32,000 bases of DNA from Pseudomonas aeruginosa (lineage in GTDB: Bacteria > Pseudomonadota > Gammaproteobacteria > Pseudomonadales > Pseudomonadaceae): assembly GCF_001457615.1 (NCBI RefSeq), contig NZ_LN831024.1:1410001-1442000 (forward strand), in the 5' to 3' direction. The translations under genes were made by a program, and so were the position numbers. Of this stretch, positions 1-16,720 are shown piece by piece. Each line of letters begins with the position of its first letter. Positions within the stretch are counted from its first letter, which is position 1. The notes under the pieces are model-generated. The model was not told where the DNA came from. It did no database searches and was given only the letters and a program-made list of their open reading frames with translations.

Positions 1-564
1 AAATACAAGGGCGAGCCGACGCGCCTGGTGATCGGTGACCACAACGTGATCCGCGAAGGCGTGACCATCCATCGCGGAACCGTCCAGGATCGCGCGGAAA
101 CCACCATTGGCGACCACAACCTGATCATGGCCTATGCGCACATCGGCCATGACAGCGTGATCGGCAACCATTGCATCCTGGTGAACAACACGGCGCTGGC
201 CGGGCATGTCCACGTGGACGACTGGGCGATCCTGTCCGGCTACACCCTGGTGCACCAGTACTGCCGGATCGGCGCGCACAGCTTTTCCGGCATGGGCAGC
301 GCCATCGGCAAGGACGTCCCGGCCTACGTGACGGTCTTCGGCAACCCGGCCGAAGCCCGCAGCATGAACTTCGAAGGCATGCGTCGGCGCGGCTTCAGCA
401 GCGAGGCCATCCATGCCCTGCGGCGTGCCTACAAGGTGGTCTATCGCCAGGGACATACCGTCGAGGAAGCCCTGGCCGAGCTGGCCGAAAGCGCTGCCCA
501 GTTCCCCGAGGTCGCGGTGTTCCGTGATTCCATCCAGAGCGCAACCCGCGGCATCACCCGCTGA
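1..564 (+). CDS. lpxA: UDP-N-acetylglucosamine acyltransferase LpxA, 5' truncated by window start
   Basis: Open in frame +1 from base 1. Contains hexapeptide-repeat residues (IGDHNLIMAYAHIGHDSVIGNHCILVNN) and the LpxA C-terminal region. Directly upstream of lpxB. Confidence 0.96.
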   Translation, partial: KYKGEPTRLVIGDHNVIREGVTIHRGTVQDRAETTIGDHNLIMAYAHIGHDSVIGNHCILVNNTALAGHVHVDDWAILSGYTLVHQYCRIGAHSFSGMGSAIGKDVPAYVTVFGNPAEARSMNFEGMRRRGFSSEAIHALRRAYKVVYRQGHTVEEALAELAESAAQFPEVAVFRDSIQSATRGITR

Positions 565-567
565 GCC

Positions 568-1704
568 ATGGCTGACGGATTACGCGTAGCCCTGGTCGCC
601 GGCGAGGCCTCCGGCGACATCCTCGGGTCCGGACTGATGCAGGCGCTGCGGGCGCGGCACCCGGATATCGAGTTCATCGGCGTCGGTGGGCCGCGCATGG
701 AGGCCGAAGGGCTGTCCAGCTATTTCCCCATGGAGCGCCTGTCGGTGATGGGCCTGGTCGAAGTGCTGGGCAGGCTGCCGGAGTTGTTGCGACGGCGCAA
801 GCGGCTGATCCGCACGCTCATCGAGGCCCGGCCGGATGTGATGATCGGCATCGATGCTCCCGACTTCACCCTCGGCGTCGAACACAAGCTGCGCCAGGCT
901 GGCCTGCGCACCGTGCATTACGTCAGCCCTTCGGTATGGGCCTGGCGGCAGAAGCGGGTGCTGAAGATTCGCGAAGCCTGCGACCTGATGCTGGCATTGT
1001 TCCCCTTCGAAGCACGTTTCTACGAAGAGCATGGGGTGCCTGTGCGTTTCGTCGGCCACCCCCTGGCCAACACCATTCCCCTGCAGGCGGATCGCGCTGC
1101 GGCCCGCGCGCGGCTCGGATTGCCGGCGGACGGACAGGTGCTGGCGCTGATGCCGGGCAGTCGCGGCGGCGAGGTCGGCAAGCTCGGCGCCTTGTTCCTC
1201 GACACCGCCCAGCGTCTGCTCGTCGAACGGCCGGGCTTGCGTTTCGTGCTGCCCTGCGCCAGCGCTGCACGGCGCGAACAGATCGAGCAGATGCTCCAGG
1301 GCCGCGAGCCTCTGCCGCTGACGCTGCTCGACGGTGCGTCCCATGAAGCGCTTGCCGCCTGCGATGCGGTGCTGATCGCCTCCGGTACCGCGACCCTCGA
1401 GGCGCTGCTCTACAAGCGGCCCATGGTGGTGGCTTATCGGGTCGCCGGGCTGACGTACCGGATTCTCAAGCGCCTGGTGAAAAGCCCGTACATCTCCCTG
1501 CCGAACCTGTTGGCCGGACGCCTGTTGGTGCCGGAACTGATCCAGGACGCCGCCACCCCGCAAGCGCTAGCCGCAACCCTCTCGCCGCTGCTGGACGACG
1601 GCTCGCAGCAGGTGGAATTCTTCGATGCCATCCATCGGGCCTTGCGCCAGGATGCCTCGGCACAGGCGGCGGAAGCCGTCCTGCAACTGGTGGAGCGCCG
1701 CTGA
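568..1704 (+). CDS. lpxB: Lipid-A-disaccharide synthase LpxB (378 aa)
   Basis: Protein begins [24 protein letters not shown], with [11 protein letters not shown] and [13 protein letters not shown], typical of LpxB. Between lpxA and rnhB. Confidence 0.97.
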   Translation: MADGLRVALVAGEASGDILGSGLMQALRARHPDIEFIGVGGPRMEAEGLSSYFPMERLSVMGLVEVLGRLPELLRRRKRLIRTLIEARPDVMIGIDAPDFTLGVEHKLRQAGLRTVHYVSPSVWAWRQKRVLKIREACDLMLALFPFEARFYEEHGVPVRFVGHPLANTIPLQADRAAARARLGLPADGQVLALMPGSRGGEVGKLGALFLDTAQRLLVERPGLRFVLPCASAARREQIEQMLQGREPLPLTLLDGASHEALAACDAVLIASGTATLEALLYKRPMVVAYRVAGLTYRILKRLVKSPYISLPNLLAGRLLVPELIQDAATPQALAATLSPLLDDGSQQVEFFDAIHRALRQDASAQAAEAVLQLVERR

Positions 1705-2309
1705 TGCAACTGGGTCTGGATTTCAATCTGGTGGAGGATCTGGTCGCGGGCGTCGACGAGGTCGGTCGCGGTCCGTTGTGCGGCCCGGTGGTCACCGCCG
1801 CGGTGATTCTCGACCCGAGCCGCCCGATCCTCGGCCTGAACGACTCGAAGAAGCTCAGCGAAGCCCGCCGCGAGGCGCTGTTCGAAGAGATCCGCGAGAA
1901 GGCCCTGGCCTGGTGCATCGCCCGCGCCGAGGTCGAGGAGATCGACCGGCTGAACATTCTGCATGCCACCATGCTCGCCATGCAGCGCGCGGTCGAAGGC
2001 CTCAGCGTGACTCCGCGGCTGGCCCTGATCGACGGCAATCGTTGTCCGAAACTGGCGGTGCCCTGCGCGCCGGTGGTCAAGGGCGACAGCCAGGTGCCGG
2101 CGATCGCTGCGGCGTCGATCCTGGCCAAGGTCAGTCGCGACCGGGAAATGGTCGAGCTGGACCGGGTCTATCCGGGCTATGGCATGGCCGGGCACAAGGG
2201 ATATCCGACCGCGGTCCATCTCGAGGCGCTTTCCCGCCTCGGCCCGACGCCGATCCATCGACGCTCGTTTGCGCCGGTTCGCGAATTGCTGGACGTCTCT
2301 GTTCAATAA
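1704..2309 (+). CDS. rnhB: Ribonuclease HII (201 aa)
   Basis: [23 protein letters not shown] motif and [13 protein letters not shown]. Start codon overlaps the lpxB stop (TGATG). Confidence 0.96.
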   Translation: MQLGLDFNLVEDLVAGVDEVGRGPLCGPVVTAAVILDPSRPILGLNDSKKLSEARREALFEEIREKALAWCIARAEVEEIDRLNILHATMLAMQRAVEGLSVTPRLALIDGNRCPKLAVPCAPVVKGDSQVPAIAAASILAKVSRDREMVELDRVYPGYGMAGHKGYPTAVHLEALSRLGPTPIHRRSFAPVRELLDVSVQ

Positions 2310-2525
2310 TTGAACGGATGTCGCGTGACTGACCGTATCTGTCGCCTGGTGACAAGCGGCGAGCGACGTCAATAGCGGAAAGTCCTGCCCCTTCCTGCCA
2401 AGTGCCATTCACAGCGAAATTTCCTTCGGCTCGCACGTCATTCCGTGTGTGTCCGAAACACGCGGCCTTCTACCCGGGAGGTCGGCTGACAACAATCCGC
2501 CACAAGCGGAACAGGGGAGTTATCC

Positions 2526-3941
2526 ATGCAAGAATTCGCCACTCAGGTCGTCGACCTGCTCAACGGCCTTATCTGGGGCAAGATCCTCATCTGGCTGCTG
2601 GTCGGTTGCGGCCTGTACTTCACCGTGCGCCTGGGGCTGATCCAGTTCCGCCACTTCGGTCATACCTTCAGCGTGCTCAAGGGCAGCCGCCAGTCGGACG
2701 ACTCGGGAATCTCCTCGTTCCAGGCGCTCTGCACCTCTCTGGCGGCGCGGGTCGGTACCGGCAACGTCGCCGGCGTGGCGGTAGCGATCACGCTCGGCGG
2801 TCCCGGCGCAGTGTTCTGGATGTGGGCGATCGCCCTGGTGGGGATGGCGACCGGCTTCGTCGAGGCGACCCTGGCCCAGTTGTTCAAGATTCGCGACGAC
2901 AAGGGCCAGTTCCGTGGCGGCCCGGCCTACTACATGGAGAAGGGCCTGGGCGCGCGCTGGATGGGCATCCTGTTCTCGATCTTCCTGATCATCGCCTTCG
3001 GTTTCGTCTTCAACTCGGTGCAGGCCAATACCATCACCGGTGCCATGCAGGGCGCCTTCGGCGTGCCGACCTGGATCAGCGGCATCGCCGTGGTGATCCT
3101 CACCGCGTTGATCATCTTCGGCGGCCTGCGTTCCATCGCGCGCTTCTCCGAACTGGCGGTACCCTTCATGGCGGTGGCCTACCTGCTGCTGGCGGTGGGC
3201 ATCATCCTGTTCAACCTCAGCGAACTGCCGGGCGTCCTGGCGATGGTGGTGAAGAGTGCCTTCGGCTGGCACGAGGCCGCCGCCGGCGGCATCGGCGCGG
3301 CGATCCTCAACGGCTTCAAGCGCGGCCTGTTCTCCAACGAAGCAGGCATGGGCTCGGCGCCCAACGCCGCCGCCTCGGCCACGCCCTATCCGCCGCACCC
3401 GGCGTCCCAGGGCTACGTGCAGATGGCCGGCGTGTTCATCGATACCCTGCTGATCTGTACCGCTTCCGCCGCCATCATCCTGCTGGCCGGACCGCAGGAA
3501 GGCGAGGGCATCATGCTGGTGCAGAATGCCCTGACCAGCCAGGTCGGCGACTGGGGCCGCTATTTCCTGGCGGTGATCATCCTGTTCTTCGCCTTCACCT
3601 CGATCGTCGCCAACTACTTCTATGCCGAGAACTGCCTGGTATTCCTCGAGCACAACCACCTGGCGGGCCTGTTGATCTTCCGTCTGATCGTGCTGGCGAT
3701 GGTGATGTTCGGCGCGCTGGCTTCGCTGCCGTTCGTCTGGAACCTTGCCGACGTGTCGATGGGCCTGATGGCGATCACCAACCTGATCGCCATCCTGCTG
3801 CTGTCCAACCTCGCGATCAAGCTGGCCAAGGACTACAACGCCCAGCGCAAGGCCGGCAAGCTGCCGACCTTCGACGCCAGCCAGTTCCCGGAAGTCCAGC
3901 AGAAGCTCGAGCCGGGCATCTGGGACGACCGCCGCGCCTGA
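2526..3941 (+). CDS. Sodium:alanine/amino-acid symporter, AlsT/AgcS (SSS-unrelated APC-type) family (471 aa)
   Basis: Multi-span hydrophobic protein with GTGNVAGVAVAITLGGPGAVFWMW and GLFSNEAGMGSAPNAAA, signatures of the AgcS/AlsT family. A purine-rich region (aggggag) precedes the start. Confidence 0.92.
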   Translation: MQEFATQVVDLLNGLIWGKILIWLLVGCGLYFTVRLGLIQFRHFGHTFSVLKGSRQSDDSGISSFQALCTSLAARVGTGNVAGVAVAITLGGPGAVFWMWAIALVGMATGFVEATLAQLFKIRDDKGQFRGGPAYYMEKGLGARWMGILFSIFLIIAFGFVFNSVQANTITGAMQGAFGVPTWISGIAVVILTALIIFGGLRSIARFSELAVPFMAVAYLLLAVGIILFNLSELPGVLAMVVKSAFGWHEAAAGGIGAAILNGFKRGLFSNEAGMGSAPNAAASATPYPPHPASQGYVQMAGVFIDTLLICTASAAIILLAGPQEGEGIMLVQNALTSQVGDWGRYFLAVIILFFAFTSIVANYFYAENCLVFLEHNHLAGLLIFRLIVLAMVMFGALASLPFVWNLADVSMGLMAITNLIAILLLSNLAIKLAKDYNAQRKAGKLPTFDASQFPEVQQKLEPGIWDDRRA

Positions 3942-4070
3942 GCGCGGGGCGGGCGAGGCTTCTCGGCGCAGCCGAGGCGCATCGTCCGCTCTTGAACCTG
4001 TAGCTTTGCCACCGGGCCCGGTACAATCCGGGCCTTGTCGTTTTTGCGTTATTTCTGCTCCGGGGCCTTC

Positions 4071-7592
<3,522 letters not shown>

Positions 7593-7741
7593 TCGCGATG
7601 GGCGATAACGCCGTTGTTCCGCGCTCTGCGGCGGGAAAACGCGGATCGCCCTTGCTCCCGGCTCGACCCCTGGCGCCCGATCCCGTAAGGTAGGGCGCCA
7701 AACGGAAACGGCCCACTAGAATCTGCGCACGACGGAAGCCT

Positions 7742-8692
7742 ATGAACCCGAACTTTCTTGATTTCGAACAGCCGATCGCCGACCTGCAAGCCAAGATCGA
7801 AGAGCTGCGCCTGGTGGGCAACGACAATGCGCTGAACATCAGCGACGAAATCTCGCGTCTGCAGGACAAGAGCAAGGCGCTCACCGAAAACATCTTCGGC
7901 AATCTGTCCAGTTGGCAGATCGCCCAGCTCGCGCGCCATCCCAAGCGTCCCTATACCCTCGACTACATCGGCTACCTGTTCAGCGATTTCGAGGAACTGC
8001 ACGGCGACCGGCATTTCGCCGACGACCCGGCGATCGTCGGCGGCGTTGCCCGCCTCGACGGTTCCCCGGTGATGGTCATCGGCCACCAGAAGGGCCGCGA
8101 AGTCCGTGAGAAGGTCCGGCGCAACTTCGGCATGCCGCGTCCGGAAGGCTATCGCAAGGCCTGCCGCCTGATGGAAATGGCCGAACGCTTCAAGATGCCG
8201 ATCCTCACCTTCATCGACACGCCCGGCGCCTACCCGGGGATCGATGCCGAGGAACGCGGCCAGAGCGAGGCGATCGCCTGGAACCTGCGGGTGATGGCGC
8301 GACTGAAGACGCCGATCATCGCCACCGTGATCGGCGAGGGCGGTTCCGGCGGCGCGCTGGCCATCGGTGTCTGCGACCAGTTGAACATGCTGCAATACTC
8401 CACCTATTCGGTGATCTCGCCGGAAGGCTGCGCCTCCATCCTCTGGAAGACCGCCGAGAAGGCGCCGGAAGCCGCCGAGGCCATGGGCATCACCGCCGAG
8501 CGCCTGAAAGGCCTGGGCATCGTCGACAAGGTCATCGACGAACCGCTGGGCGGCGCCCATCGCGATCCGGCGAGCATGGCCGAATCGATCCGTGGCGAAC
8601 TGCTGGCGCAACTGAAGATGCTCCAGGGCCTGGAAATGGGTGAGTTGCTGGAGCGTCGTTACGACCGCCTGATGAGCTACGGCGCGCCGTAA
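7742..8692 (+). CDS. accA: Acetyl-CoA carboxylase carboxyltransferase subunit alpha (316 aa)
   Basis: [44 protein letters not shown] and [16 protein letters not shown] motifs. Confidence 0.97.
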   Translation: MNPNFLDFEQPIADLQAKIEELRLVGNDNALNISDEISRLQDKSKALTENIFGNLSSWQIAQLARHPKRPYTLDYIGYLFSDFEELHGDRHFADDPAIVGGVARLDGSPVMVIGHQKGREVREKVRRNFGMPRPEGYRKACRLMEMAERFKMPILTFIDTPGAYPGIDAEERGQSEAIAWNLRVMARLKTPIIATVIGEGGSGGALAIGVCDQLNMLQYSTYSVISPEGCASILWKTAEKAPEAAEAMGITAERLKGLGIVDKVIDEPLGGAHRDPASMAESIRGELLAQLKMLQGLEMGELLERRYDRLMSYGAP

Positions 8693-8716
8693 GCCATCCG
8701 GCGCACTGGTACGATC

Positions 8717-8744
8717 GACAAGCCCGGCATTCGCCGGGCTTGTC
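8717..8744. terminator. Strong hairpin after accA (perfect 12-bp stem, ATTC loop), possible terminator without a clear U tract
   Basis: GACAAGCCCGGC-ATTC-GCCGGGCTTGTC immediately 3' of the accA stop. Followed by GCATGAGG rather than a T run. Confidence 0.5.
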
Positions 8745-8761
8745 GCATGAGGAGCGCAAGA

Positions 8762-10090
8762 ATGCCGGCGGTGCCGCTCGAATCCCGTCTGTTACAGGCC
8801 CTGGCGCCCTGGCGCGAAGCGGGGGGCTGGTGCGTGGCGTTTTCCGGCGGGCTGGATTCCACGGTGTTGCTGCATCTGCTCGCCCAACTGGCCCGGAGCG
8901 AAGCCTTGCCGGCGCTGTCGGCGCTGCATGTCCACCATGGCTTGCAGGCTGCGGCGGACGGTTGGCCGGCGCACTGCCAGGCGGTCTGCCGGTCGCTGGG
9001 TATCCCGCTGCGGGTCGAGCGGGTGCAGGTCGCCGTTGGCGGCAGCATCGAGCAGGCGGCGCGCGACGCCCGCTATCGCGCATTCCAGGCGAACCTGGGC
9101 GAGGGACAGGTGCTGCTCACCGCGCAGCACCTCGACGACCAGGCCGAGACCTTGCTGTTCCGCCTGTTGCGTGGAGCGGGCCTGCGCGGCCTGGCGGCGA
9201 TGCCGGCGAGCCGGCCGCTGGGCGGTGGCCGCCTGTGCCGACCCTTGCTCGGGGTTTCCCGCGCCGAACTGGAAGCCTATGCGCAGGCGCACCGGCTGGA
9301 CTGGGTGGAGGATCCTTCCAACCAGGATCCGCGCTTCTCGCGCAACTACCTGCGCCGGGAGATCATGCCGCGTCTCGCCTCCCACTGGCCGCAGGCCGTC
9401 GCCGGCATGGCGCGCTGCGCGGCGCATCTGCGCGAGGCCGAAGACCTGCTGGCTGAACTGGCCGCCATCGACCTCCGGGCCTGCCGCCAACCCTCGGAAC
9501 TGGATTGGCCGGACTGGCTGGATCTGCCCCGGATCGCCCTGGAGCCTCTGCGCCGCCTCAGCGCTGCGCGCCAGCGCAACCTGCTGCGGGCCTGGCTGGG
9601 ACAGCTGACGCGGTTGCCGGACAGTGACCACTGGGCCGGTTGGGAGTCGTTGCGCGATGCCGGCGACGATGCCGACCCGATCTGGCGCCTGGAGAGCGGC
9701 GAGCTGCGTCGCGGCGCGGGGCGGATCTGGTGGTTGCCGGCGGACTGGCGGGCGGCGGCGGGACCGTTCGTCTGGGAGCGTCCCGCTCATCCATTGCTTC
9801 TTCCCGGCAATGGTCGGCTGGCGTTGCTCGGCGAGGTTCCGGCGGGACCGTTGCGCGTCGACTACCGGCGGGGTGGGGAGGTGCTGGCCCTGGCCGGGCG
9901 CGGTCGCCGCGACCTCAAGCGATTGCTCAACGAAGCGGGCGTACCGAGCTTCCTGCGCGGTCGTTTGCCGCTGCTCTTCCGAGCCGACGAACTGCTCGCG
10001 GTGGCCAACATTCCTGGCCTGGACAGTCCCCGCGAGGGGGGCTGGCGACTGTCCTGGAGCCCGCCGACGAACGACCCGGGTTTGAGCTAG
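8762..10090 (+). CDS. tilS: tRNA(Ile)-lysidine synthetase TilS (442 aa)
   Basis: PP-loop motif CVAFSGGLDSTVLLHLLA and HHGLQAAADGW. The ATG at 8762 (MPAVPLESRLLQ) is preferred over the track start at 8747. Confidence 0.93.
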   Translation: MPAVPLESRLLQALAPWREAGGWCVAFSGGLDSTVLLHLLAQLARSEALPALSALHVHHGLQAAADGWPAHCQAVCRSLGIPLRVERVQVAVGGSIEQAARDARYRAFQANLGEGQVLLTAQHLDDQAETLLFRLLRGAGLRGLAAMPASRPLGGGRLCRPLLGVSRAELEAYAQAHRLDWVEDPSNQDPRFSRNYLRREIMPRLASHWPQAVAGMARCAAHLREAEDLLAELAAIDLRACRQPSELDWPDWLDLPRIALEPLRRLSAARQRNLLRAWLGQLTRLPDSDHWAGWESLRDAGDDADPIWRLESGELRRGAGRIWWLPADWRAAAGPFVWERPAHPLLLPGNGRLALLGEVPAGPLRVDYRRGGEVLALAGRGRRDLKRLLNEAGVPSFLRGRLPLLFRADELLAVANIPGLDSPREGGWRLSWSPPTNDPGLS

Positions 10091-10245
10091 TAAGCCGTTT
10101 CCAGTAGACTACGCTCCCGTCTTGTACTGCTCCCGCCGATTCCCTCCGGAATCAGCAGGAGTTTGCTTTGCCCACGGATTTGTCCGTGGCGGGAGCTGGC
10201 CTCCCTTCTCCGAATCCCCGGCGGTTGATCCCGCCTAAACGCTGA

Positions 10246-14072
<3,827 letters not shown>

Positions 14073-14090
14073 GCCTAGTCTGGTACGGTG

Positions 14091-14120
14091 AAGGGGTGGC
14101 AAGAGCCACCCCTTTTCTTC
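14091..14120 (+). terminator. Rho-independent terminator after eno
   Basis: AAGGGGTGGC-AAGA-GCCACCCCTT followed by TTCTTCTC; perfect 10-bp stem. Confidence 0.8.
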
Positions 14121-14136
14121 TCAAGGAGTTCGAGGC

Positions 14137-14421
14137 TTGAGGTTACGTAGCCCCTACTGGCTGTTCGTGGTGCTGATCCTGGCGCTGGCGGGCCTGCAAT
14201 ATCGCCTGTGGGTCGGCGATGGCAGCCTGGCGCAGGTGCGCGACCTGCAGAAGCAGATCGCCGACCAGCATGGCGAGAACGAGCGCCTGCTGGAGCGCAA
14301 CCGGATTCTCGAAGCCGAAGTCGCCGAGCTGAAGAAAGGCACCGAGACCGTCGAGGAGCGTGCGCGGCACGAGCTCGGCATGGTCAAGGACGGCGAAACC
14401 CTCTACCAGCTCGCCAAGTGA
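14137..14421 (+). CDS. ftsB: Cell division protein FtsB (94 aa), TTG start
   Basis: MRLRSPYWLFVVLILALAGLQYRLWVGDGSLAQV is a single TM followed by a coiled coil. Located between eno and ispD, with an AAGGAG RBS 8 nt upstream of the TTG. Confidence 0.93.
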   Translation: MRLRSPYWLFVVLILALAGLQYRLWVGDGSLAQVRDLQKQIADQHGENERLLERNRILEAEVAELKKGTETVEERARHELGMVKDGETLYQLAK

Positions 14422-14440
14422 GCTGACGACCCTTCTCCCG

Positions 14441-15144
14441 ATGACGACTTCCGACCTTCCCGCCTTCTGGACGGTGATCCCCGCCGCCGGCGTGGGTTCG
14501 CGCATGCGCGCCGACCGCCCGAAGCAATATCTCGATCTTGCCGGTCGCACCGTGATCGAGCGCACCCTCGATTGTTTCCTCGAACACCCGATGCTCAGGG
14601 GCGTGGTGGTCTGCCTGGCCGAGGACGATCCCTACTGGCCCGGGCTGGACTGCGCCGCCAGCCGGCATGTGCAGCGCGCCGCCGGGGGCGCCGAGCGCGC
14701 CGGCTCGGTGTTGAACGGCTTGCTGCGCCTGCTGGAGTTGGGGCACAGGCCGACGACTGGGTGCTGGTGCATGACGCCGCGCGGCCGAACCTGACCCGCG
14801 GCGACCTCGACCACCTGCTCGAAGAACTCGCCGAAGATCCGGTCGGCGGGCTGCTGGCGGTGCCGGCGAGGGACACTCTCAAGCGCTCCGACCGCGACGG
14901 CCGGGTCAGCGAAACCATCGACCGCTCGGTGGTCTGGCTGGCCTATACGCCGCAGATGTTCCGCCTCGGCGCCCTGCACCGGGCGCTGGCCGATGCGTTG
15001 GTGGCCGGCGTGGCGATCACCGACGAGGCTTCGGCGATGGAGTGGGCCGGCTATGCGCCGAAGCTGGTGGAAGGGCGCGCCGACAACCTGAAGATCACCA
15101 CCCCGGAAGACCTGCTGCGCCTGCAGCGCAGTTTTCCACACTGA
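14441..15144 (+). pseudogene. ispD: 2-C-methyl-D-erythritol 4-phosphate cytidylyltransferase, apparently frameshifted by a one-base loss in a G run at 14740-14743 (probable sequencing error)
   Basis: N-terminal half MTTSDLPAFWTVIPAAGVGSRMRADRPKQYLDLAGRTVIERTL lies in the frame of ORF 14360-14794. The C-terminal half GAQADDWVLVHDAARPNLTRGD...TPEDLLRLQRSFPH lies in the frame of ORF 14572-15144. Restoring one G gives a continuous 234-aa IspD. Confidence 0.93.
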
Positions 15145-15152
15145 ACCCTGGC

Positions 15153-15186
15153 ACAAGAAAGCCGACCCTCGGGTCGGCTTTCTTGT
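15153..15186. terminator. Bidirectional Rho-independent terminator between ispD (+) and the tusA-like gene (-)
   Basis: Perfect inverted repeat ACAAGAAAGCCGACCC-TC-GGGTCGGCTTTCTTGT between convergent genes. Confidence 0.85.
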
Positions 15187-15204
15187 CGTTGCAGGCTCGC
15201 TCGT

Positions 15205-15453
15205 TCAGCTTTCCAGCGGCACCTCTATGAGGAAGCGGAACAGCGCGCCATGCTGCTCCACCGCCAGGCATTTGTAGCCCTGGCGCTGGGTATCTTCGGG
15301 AATCCCGTGGACCGATTGCGAGCAGTCGGTGACCACTTCCAGGCGTTCGCCCGGCTGCATGGTCGCCAGGGTTTCCAGGGTGGCGATGGCGTTGTACGGG
15401 CAATGTTCGCCGCGCAGGTCAAGCGACAGGGTCGGTTTGTCGGTCTGGCTCAT
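15205..15453 (-). CDS. TusA/SirA-like (YedF/YeeD-type) small sulfur-transfer family protein (82 aa)
   Basis: MSQTDKPTLSLDLRGEHCPYNAIATLETLATMQPGERLEVVTDCSQSVHGIPED has the TusA-like beta-alpha-beta pattern with Cys-Pro after the first strand. Adjacent to a YedE-like gene. Confidence 0.82.
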   Translation of the reverse strand: MSQTDKPTLSLDLRGEHCPYNAIATLETLATMQPGERLEVVTDCSQSVHGIPEDTQRQGYKCLAVEQHGALFRFLIEVPLES

Positions 15454-16645
15454 GGTTCGGTTTCCGCGGTCGGGTGAATCGGGAGGCGTTCAGTTGCACC
15501 AGCAGCAGGCACAGGGCCAGGCCGGCGAAGGTCAATAGCAGGCCGTTGCCGGGCCCGAAGCTTTCCAGCAGGTTGAGCTTGGGATAGGGCAGGGCGAGGC
15601 GGGTGCCCAACTGGTCCCAAAAGATCGCCACCAGGGTTCCGCCGATGACGTTGCCGATGCCGACCACCCAGAAGTGCACCTGGCCCTCCATCGAGCGGTA
15701 CATCCAGCCGGTCTCGCAACCGCCGGCGAGGACGATGCCGATGCCGAAGAGAATGCCGCCGATGATCGCATTCGGGCCCATCCAGAAGATCTTCGGCGCG
15801 ACGCCCAGGCGGATCGCGGCGAAGGTACCGATGCAGGCGGCCGCCATGCCGAGCAGGATGCCGAAGGCGGCGCGGGTCCGGCCGGTGGTCCAGAGGTCCC
15901 GTGCGGCACTGGTGAAGCAGATCTGCGCGCGCTCGATCAGGCCGCCGAACAGCAGGCCGAACAGGCAGGCCATGCCCAGCACCAGCGATACCTCGAAGCG
16001 CCAGGCGGCGAACAGCGCGGCGAGCGCCAGCACCGCCAGGCCCAGGCGGGCCTGCAGGCGTGCGCGTCGGGCCAGGCTTTCGGCGCTGGGCAGGGCGCTG
16101 GCCGTGGCGCCGACTTTCAGCGGTGTGCGCAGGAACGGCAGCAGGCTGATCTTCACGCCGATCCAGGCGCCGCCGACGGTGGCGAACATGAAGGCCCAGG
16201 CGTGCAGGGAAAACATCGGGATACCGGTGAAGAACGCCGCCAGGTTGCAGCCCATCGCCAGGCGCGCGCCGAAGCCGGCGACGATACCGCCGACCAGACC
16301 CTGCAGCAGGCGACGTTTGCTGGTCGGCCAGCGCAGGCTGACGTTGCCGGCCCAGAGGGCGCAGCACAGGGCGCCGAGGAACATGCCGATGATCATCACT
16401 CCGTCGATCCGGTCCAGCGGCGTGCCTTGAAGGCCGATCAGCCTGAAGTAGCTCCAGTCCTGTGGCTGGTAGCCGAACCAGGACAGCACGTGGCCGCCCC
16501 AGCGGGTGAATTCGCCGGTCACCGCCCAGAAGGTGCCGGTGAGCGCGAAGTAGTAGGCGGAGGCGACGCCGAGGGCGACCAGCGCCGGCAGCGGCGACCA
16601 GAACCTCACCAGGTAGCGTTGGCGAAACGCATTGAAGGCAGACAT
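15419..16645 (-). CDS. YedE/YeeE-family (DUF395, sulfur/selenium-related transporter) membrane protein (408 aa)
   Basis: Multi-span protein with FGARLAMGCNLAAFFTGIPMFSLHAW, ERAQICFTSAARDLW and GIVLAGGCETGWMYR, the cysteine-containing motifs of the YeeE/YedE family. Confidence 0.88.
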   Translation of the reverse strand: MSAFNAFRQRYLVRFWSPLPALVALGVASAYYFALTGTFWAVTGEFTRWGGHVLSWFGYQPQDWSYFRLIGLQGTPLDRIDGVMIIGMFLGALCCALWAGNVSLRWPTSKRRLLQGLVGGIVAGFGARLAMGCNLAAFFTGIPMFSLHAWAFMFATVGGAWIGVKISLLPFLRTPLKVGATASALPSAESLARRARLQARLGLAVLALAALFAAWRFEVSLVLGMACLFGLLFGGLIERAQICFTSAARDLWTTGRTRAAFGILLGMAAACIGTFAAIRLGVAPKIFWMGPNAIIGGILFGIGIVLAGGCETGWMYRSMEGQVHFWVVGIGNVIGGTLVAIFWDQLGTRLALPYPKLNLLESFGPGNGLLLTFAGLALCLLLVQLNASRFTRPRKPNHEPDRQTDPVA

Positions 16646-16720
16646 GCGACTTCCTTGAATCGATAGCGGGTGGAACGGGAAACCGCCAAGTCTATCGCAG
16701 CGGTGAATCGCCTTACTGCT

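Noticed and set aside
14572-14739. Separate small gene suggested by ORF 14572-15144
   Set aside because: Its C-terminal portion is the out-of-frame continuation of ispD and its N-terminal 56 or so codons are non-homologous read-through. It is explained by the single-G frameshift rather than a new gene.
14740-14743. Programmed ribosomal frameshifting as an explanation for the ispD break
   Set aside because: No canonical slippery heptamer plus downstream pseudoknot was evident. A similar G-run loss in pcm points to a sequencing artefact, though only read data can settle it.
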